Source: a virus | Direction: 5' to 3' (one strand) | IMG/VR virus record: IMGVR_UViG_3300020060_000010 | Coordinates: 13,230 to 77,229 of that record | DNA: 64,000 nucleotides | Shown here: piece by piece, positions 62,817 through 64,000 of the stretch | Position numbering within the stretch: the first letter of the stretch is position 1 | Layout of the letters: each line of letters opens with the position of its first letter | The notes under the pieces: model-generated | Told to the model about the DNA's origin: nothing | The model's input: only the letters and a program-made list of their open reading frames with translations | Database searches by the model: none | Position numbers and translations under genes: made by a program

Positions 62817-62847
62817 TCTCTCCTGCTATAATGGCAGGAGAGATTTT
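62817..62847 (+). terminator. Intrinsic terminator after capsid gene
   Basis: TCTCTCCTGC-TATAATG-GCAGGAGAGA-TTTT. Confidence 0.8.
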
Positions 62848-62867
62848 CGTTATGTACAAGGAGAAAC

Positions 62868-63065
62868 ATGCCAAATATCACTCTTACGCTTCAAGGTGGG
62901 CTTACTGAAGGAGCGTTTGCCGTGAACCAAGCTAAAATCGACAAGGTGTTGGCCGACATGGAAAATGGTGTTGACTTTATCAAGTTTATCAATGGCCAGG
63001 ACGGATACACCTATCTGACAAAGTGGTATCAAACCACACACATTAGCTGTGTGACAATTTCTTAG
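62868..63065 (+). CDS. Hypothetical protein
   Basis: AAGGAG RBS. Confidence 0.6.
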   Translation: MPNITLTLQGGLTEGAFAVNQAKIDKVLADMENGVDFIKFINGQDGYTYLTKWYQTTHISCVTIS

Positions 63066-63157
63066 TCGCCACCTAAGGAGGAACGCCCTGGTCAGAGATG
63101 GCCAGGGTTGTTCTGATTTATGGTAAAATTTACTTAGAACGTTCAATGGGAAGTGTT

Positions 63158-63484
63158 ATGTCTGATTTGATTATCCAGCAGGGCACGGATGACTCTTTTG
63201 TATGGCCAGTCACCGATGCTGATGGCCTACCCATTGATCTAACCGGTTGGTCTGTAAGCGCACAGGTTCGCAATATTCGTGACAATATCGTACACGAGTG
63301 GAATGACGAAGAAGAGAACGTTGCTTACCAAGATGGACTGATCTATATTCTCTGGACCAGTACTGAATCTGCCGCATGGACTTGGACTGAAGGCAAATAC
63401 GACCTTGAGGCCACTCTGCCTGGCGGAAATGTGATTCGACTGGACCAAGGTTTTATTTCATTAGCTAAGGAAGTTACACGATGA
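63158..63484 (+). CDS. Virion structural protein (BppU-N-like Ig fold)
   Basis: L.I.QGT, P.DLTGW...AQVR, G.YDLE...G.V.RL..G motifs. Confidence 0.7.
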   Translation: MSDLIIQQGTDDSFVWPVTDADGLPIDLTGWSVSAQVRNIRDNIVHEWNDEEENVAYQDGLIYILWTSTESAAWTWTEGKYDLEATLPGGNVIRLDQGFISLAKEVTR

Positions 63485-63741
63485 CTATTATTGTAGGCAA
63501 TCCTGGCCAAGGCGGAGCAGGTCCAGTTTCAACCGTACAGCGTTACGCGCGCCTGCATACACAAGATGAAGCTCTAACCGTTTGGGTTATCCAGCACGAT
63601 CTCGGTTATGACCCCGCTGGCATCACTGTCGTTGACGAATTCAATAACGTGCACTGGCCGAATATCACTTACCCCACAGTTAATAGTATAATTAGACTGG
63701 ACTTCGAAACGCCTGTACGTGGTGTTTGTCGCCTATCATAA
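63481..63741 (+). CDS. Small virion structural protein
   Basis: H.Q.....W.IQH.LG..P..ITVVD......I.Y...N...L.F..P..G...LS motif. Confidence 0.7.
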   Translation: MTIIVGNPGQGGAGPVSTVQRYARLHTQDEALTVWVIQHDLGYDPAGITVVDEFNNVHWPNITYPTVNSIIRLDFETPVRGVCRLS

Positions 63742-63751
63742 GGAAAAGTAA

Positions 63752-64000
63752 ATGGCAACACAAAATTTCTATGGTGACGCAGCCTTCAAGAAGACTGTCA
63801 CCGTTACAGGCACTATCACGCATGCTGATGGTACATCTGTTGGTCAAGGCGCGACCAAGGGTCAGGTAGACGCCGCTTATAGCAACGCTAGACTCCGCTC
63901 CAACCACACCGGTACACAGGCTGCAGCTACCATCTCTGACTTCAGTACTGTTGTTGACGGTCGTATCGATACAAAGATTGCTACTCTAGTTGGCGGCGCT
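63752..64000 (+). CDS. Head/tail fibre-like structural protein, truncated at the right edge
   Basis: MATQNF...RSNHTGTQ.A.TISDF...V..RID..IA.LVGGA. Confidence 0.7.
   Translation, partial: MATQNFYGDAAFKKTVTVTGTITHADGTSVGQGATKGQVDAAYSNARLRSNHTGTQAAATISDFSTVVDGRIDTKIATLVGGA

Noticed and set aside
62827-62832. TATAAT in the capsid terminator loop as a promoter
   Set aside because: No -35 or TG extension at the right spacing; treated as a terminator only.
1-64000. Stop-codon reassignment
   Set aside because: Long conserved genes (terminase, portal, capsid, ThyX, GDPD) are intact under the standard code and gene packing is tight.

Overview
The window is an internal 64-kb segment of a large tailed-phage genome (HK97-fold capsid). 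The host is most likely an actinobacterium; this is inferred from the actinophage-type resolvase, the class 3 intein, the Tat signal peptide, the leaderless starts and a tRNA with no encoded CCA. No integrase, cas gene or rRNA is visible. There are four blocks. (1) 1-40430, minus strand: about 120 densely packed, mostly small genes, including a probable ssDNA-binding protein, Holliday junction resolvase, two SprT-like proteases, a SLOG/DUF2493 protein, ThyX, a 2H phosphoesterase, a double HNH-AP2 endonuclease, a DUF3631 NTPase, one atypical tRNA and a non-coding island at 26400-27070. (2) 40450-47100, plus strand: about 15 near-consensus sigma-A/70 promoters, most driving one or two tiny genes, like a host-takeover module. 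(3) 47400-51600, minus strand: a structured non-coding unit, a PnuC-like half transporter and a Tat-signal glycerophosphodiesterase. (4) 51657-64000, plus strand: terminase small and large subunits (class 3 intein), portal (intein plus MuF-like fusion), protease/scaffold, major capsid and head-associated proteins. The main unexplained signals are about six promoter-driven, heavily base-paired non-coding units, a 15-bp operator-like motif placed upstream of -35 boxes at 16 sites, a frame-split HTH gene under that operator, and six exact 11-bp repeats in and after a Zn-finger gene. All family calls come from recognising motifs by eye and all RNA structures were paired by hand; no database search or folding program was run.
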